From contig JBDHHQ010000061.1 in the NCBI GenBank assembly GCA_039589315.1, positions 1 to 29,815 on the forward strand: a stretch of DNA of 29,815 nt, given 5' to 3'. The DNA comes from Gemmatimonadota bacterium (GTDB lineage Bacteria > Gemmatimonadota > Gemmatimonadetes > Longimicrobiales > Gaopeijiaceae). A program made the position numbers and the translations under genes. Below the pieces are notes generated by a model, which was given only the letters and a program-made list of their open reading frames with translations, was not told the origin of the DNA and made no database searches. Positions 27,651-29,815 of this stretch are shown here, piece after piece. Positions within the stretch are counted from its first letter, which is position 1. Every line of letters starts with the position of its first letter.

Positions 27651-27801
27651 CTCTAACGGCCTGCGACTCTGACTTCCTTCGCCTTATAGATGCTGCGCGA
27701 CCTATGGGCTGACACCGCGCAGCGACGTGAACACCGTAGGTGCGAACAGAGTAAGCGATCAAGGCTCGTCGCTCCGAGGAGCACCGCGACGAGGAACTTC
27801 C
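27651..27801 (-). mobile_element. attC-like site C (R' and central part; R'' half not found)
   Basis: Minus strand ends CAGAGTCGCAGGCC GTTAGAG, the only intact GTT core found. Shares AGCGACGTGAACAC and the 29-bp block (27754-27782, one mismatch) with A and B. Confidence 0.7.
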
Positions 27802-27908
27802 ATTCAGACGCCTATTCGGGTGTGGCACCGCCGGATTGCATCACCTCGAAACGCCGTGTGCACCCCGCTCGTAGGAGGATCTAACAGCTTGGACCGAGGC
27901 GATGCTCC

Positions 27909-29529
27909 ATGAGTACCCTTCGAATCGCGTTGTCCTTTGCCGCCGTGCCGCTCATGGTGCTGGCGTGTGGTCCAGCGTCGTCACAGGACGAGCGCTCCAC
28001 GTCCCTATTCGAGCTCGCCCTCGTCGGCCGGCTCACCACCGACGGAGGAGCGACCCGCGGAGTCGCTTGGGGCGACTACGACCAGGATGGCGACCCGGAC
28101 CTTGCCCTGTCGAACACTGCTGACCAATGGAACGCGCTGCACCGAAACGATGCCGGTGCGTTCATCAAGCTGACGGACCGGGGCCGGTCGTCGTGGGCTG
28201 CTTACGTGGCTGCGGCAGGCCGGGCGGAGGGCGTCAGCTGGGTCGACTTCGACGGTGACCGAGACCTGGACCTCTTCGTCGCGACTCGCGGCCCCCAGGC
28301 GAACATGATGTTTCGAAACGAAGGTCCCGATTCTCTGGTCAGAGTGACCGAGGCCGACTTCGCTCGGGGTGCCCTGGGCGCGTCCATGGCGTGCTGGGCC
28401 GATATCGATGGCGACGGCTGGCTCGACGTCTTTCTGGCAGGTTACGGGGGCGACCCGAATCGGCTGTTCAGGAATCAGGGCGGCACACTCGTCGAGCTCG
28501 TGAGCCACCCCCTCGCCTACACGAGCGCGGCGCGATCCTGTGCATGGGGAGATCCCGACGATGACGGGCTCCCCGACCTTTACGTGGGCAATGCGCGGGA
28601 GCCGAACGACCTGTTCCGGAACCGCGGAGCATGGCGTTTCGACCGCCAGACGGAGGGACACGTCGTCACGGACGTGGGTTACTCGTACGGTCTGTCGTGG
28701 GCCGACTTCGACGGCGACGGGGCGCAGGATTTGTTCGTCGCCAACTTCGATACCCTCAACCGTATCTACCGGAACGACGGTTCGGGAAGCCTTCAGCCGG
28801 TCCTCGACGGTGTGCTGGCGACGGAGGAGGGAGGTGCTTCGAAAGGCCACACCTGGGGAGACTTCGATCTGGACGGCCGGCTCGACCTGTTCGTCGCGAA
28901 CGGCACCTACGGGCCGGATATGCGCAACTTCGTATATCGGGGACTCGGCGGGGGCCGCTACGTACGGGAGTTGAGCGGGGCCTTCACCGAGCATGCGGAC
29001 ACGTCCGCGGGTGCGGCTTGGGCCGACTACGATCGGGATGGCGACCTGGACGTCTTCGTCGCGAACTGGGGCAGCAGTGATCAGATCAACCGCCTATACC
29101 GAAACTCGACCTCCGAGAACCTCGGGAGAGGTTGGCTGGGCCTTTACCTCCACGGCCTCGGTGCGAACACTCACGCGTGGGGCGCAAAGGTCGTGGTCGT
29201 GGCGAATCCCGGCACGGGCTCCCGACGGATGATGCGATGGCACAACCCCGTCACGGGATACGCGAGCCGTCGTGGTCGTGGCGAATCCCGGCACGGGCTC
29301 CCGACGGATGATGCGATGGCACAACCCCGTCACTGGATACGCGAGCCAGAATGAACCGCTCCTGCACTTCGGGCTGGGATCGGCCACTGCTGCTGACAGC
29401 CTGATCGTTCACTGGCCATCCGGCTCGATCGACGTTCATACCGACGTGCCAAGTCGGGCTTTCTGGGATCTCTTCGAAGGCGGTGAGCTTCGTTCGAGAG
29501 GCTCAGATCCGAGCGGCGGCCCGACCTGA
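27909..29529 (+). CDS. CRTAC1-like FG-GAP repeat protein with C-terminal ASPIC/UnbV domain, frameshifted by a 79-bp duplication
   Basis: Lipobox-like VLAC; seven W(G/A/V)DxDxDGxxD(L/V)-type repeats. The ASPIC tail GYASQN...LHFGLG...VHWPSG is in ORF 29272..29529. Confidence 0.88.
29190..29347 (+). repeat. 79-bp tandem direct duplication with one mismatch
   Basis: 29190-29268 equals 29269-29347 except G29255 vs T29334. Confidence 0.97.
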
Positions 29530-29722
29530 CGTCTGGGTGAGATGGAACGGGATGCGATTGGTATCGATCAGCTCCTCGCCCGGCTAGGCGTACTTGCCAC
29601 CATCTGTCTTCGAAACTCAGGCGGATACGGCGGTCTCGTTCGTGGCATCGTGGACTCCTCCTCTTTCCCAAGAGGTGTGGTGTCCACGAAACCGGCTCAA
29701 ATCCAGTAGAAAGGAGATTCCA

Positions 29723-29815
29723 ATGATGTCTGAAGTCCGAAACCGAATCCGGTGGAGCCGCCTTTCGTCGGTGCCCTTGGTGCTTGTGCTGGCCTTGTTC
29801 GTCGGCTCCGGCTGC
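29723..29815 (+). CDS. 5' end of a probable lipoprotein (runs off the window)
   Basis: SD AAGGAG, then MMSEVRNRIRWSRLSSVPLVLVLALFVGSGC to the window end. Confidence 0.65.
   Translation, partial: MMSEVRNRIRWSRLSSVPLVLVLALFVGSGC

Noticed and set aside
18295..27801. Repeat family as a known ribozyme, riboswitch or tRNA
   Set aside because: No hammerhead, HDV-like, tRNA or riboswitch consensus was recognised; position and arm architecture fit attC better.
29269..29354. Programmed frameshift in the CRTAC1-like gene
   Set aside because: Fully explained by the 79-bp duplication; no slippery sequence is present.
1..29815. Integron integrase, transposase, prophage, rRNA or tRNA genes
   Set aside because: No tyrosine-recombinase, DDE, phage structural or stable-RNA signatures were recognised by eye.

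Overview
High-GC bacterial DNA whose gene content suggests Gemmatimonadota or Acidobacteriota (inference from gene families only). The left half (1-15.9 kb) holds a Tat-signal MmgE/PrpD protein (truncated by the window edge), a small heptad-repeat coiled-coil protein, a frameshifted permease remnant, a Hanks-type Ser/Thr kinase with a TolB-like propeller, and a VOC protein. It also has two divergent, mirror-image PadR + duplicated orphan permease (ADOP) operons, an ABM protein, a resolvase-like mini-ORF and a sulfatase-like lipoprotein. The right half (16-29.8 kb) is a string of small, unrelated, mostly minus-strand genes separated by about 100-175 bp imperfect inverted repeats with integron attC architecture. 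Five of these repeats are homologous to each other, and almost all have non-canonical GTT/AAC cores. No integrase is present, so this reads as a decaying or domesticated cassette array (CALIN-like). Its cargo includes a UDG-fold protein that is a candidate anti-phage DNA glycosylase. No rRNA, tRNA, CRISPR array or transposase was recognised. All family calls come from motif recognition by eye, not database searches.
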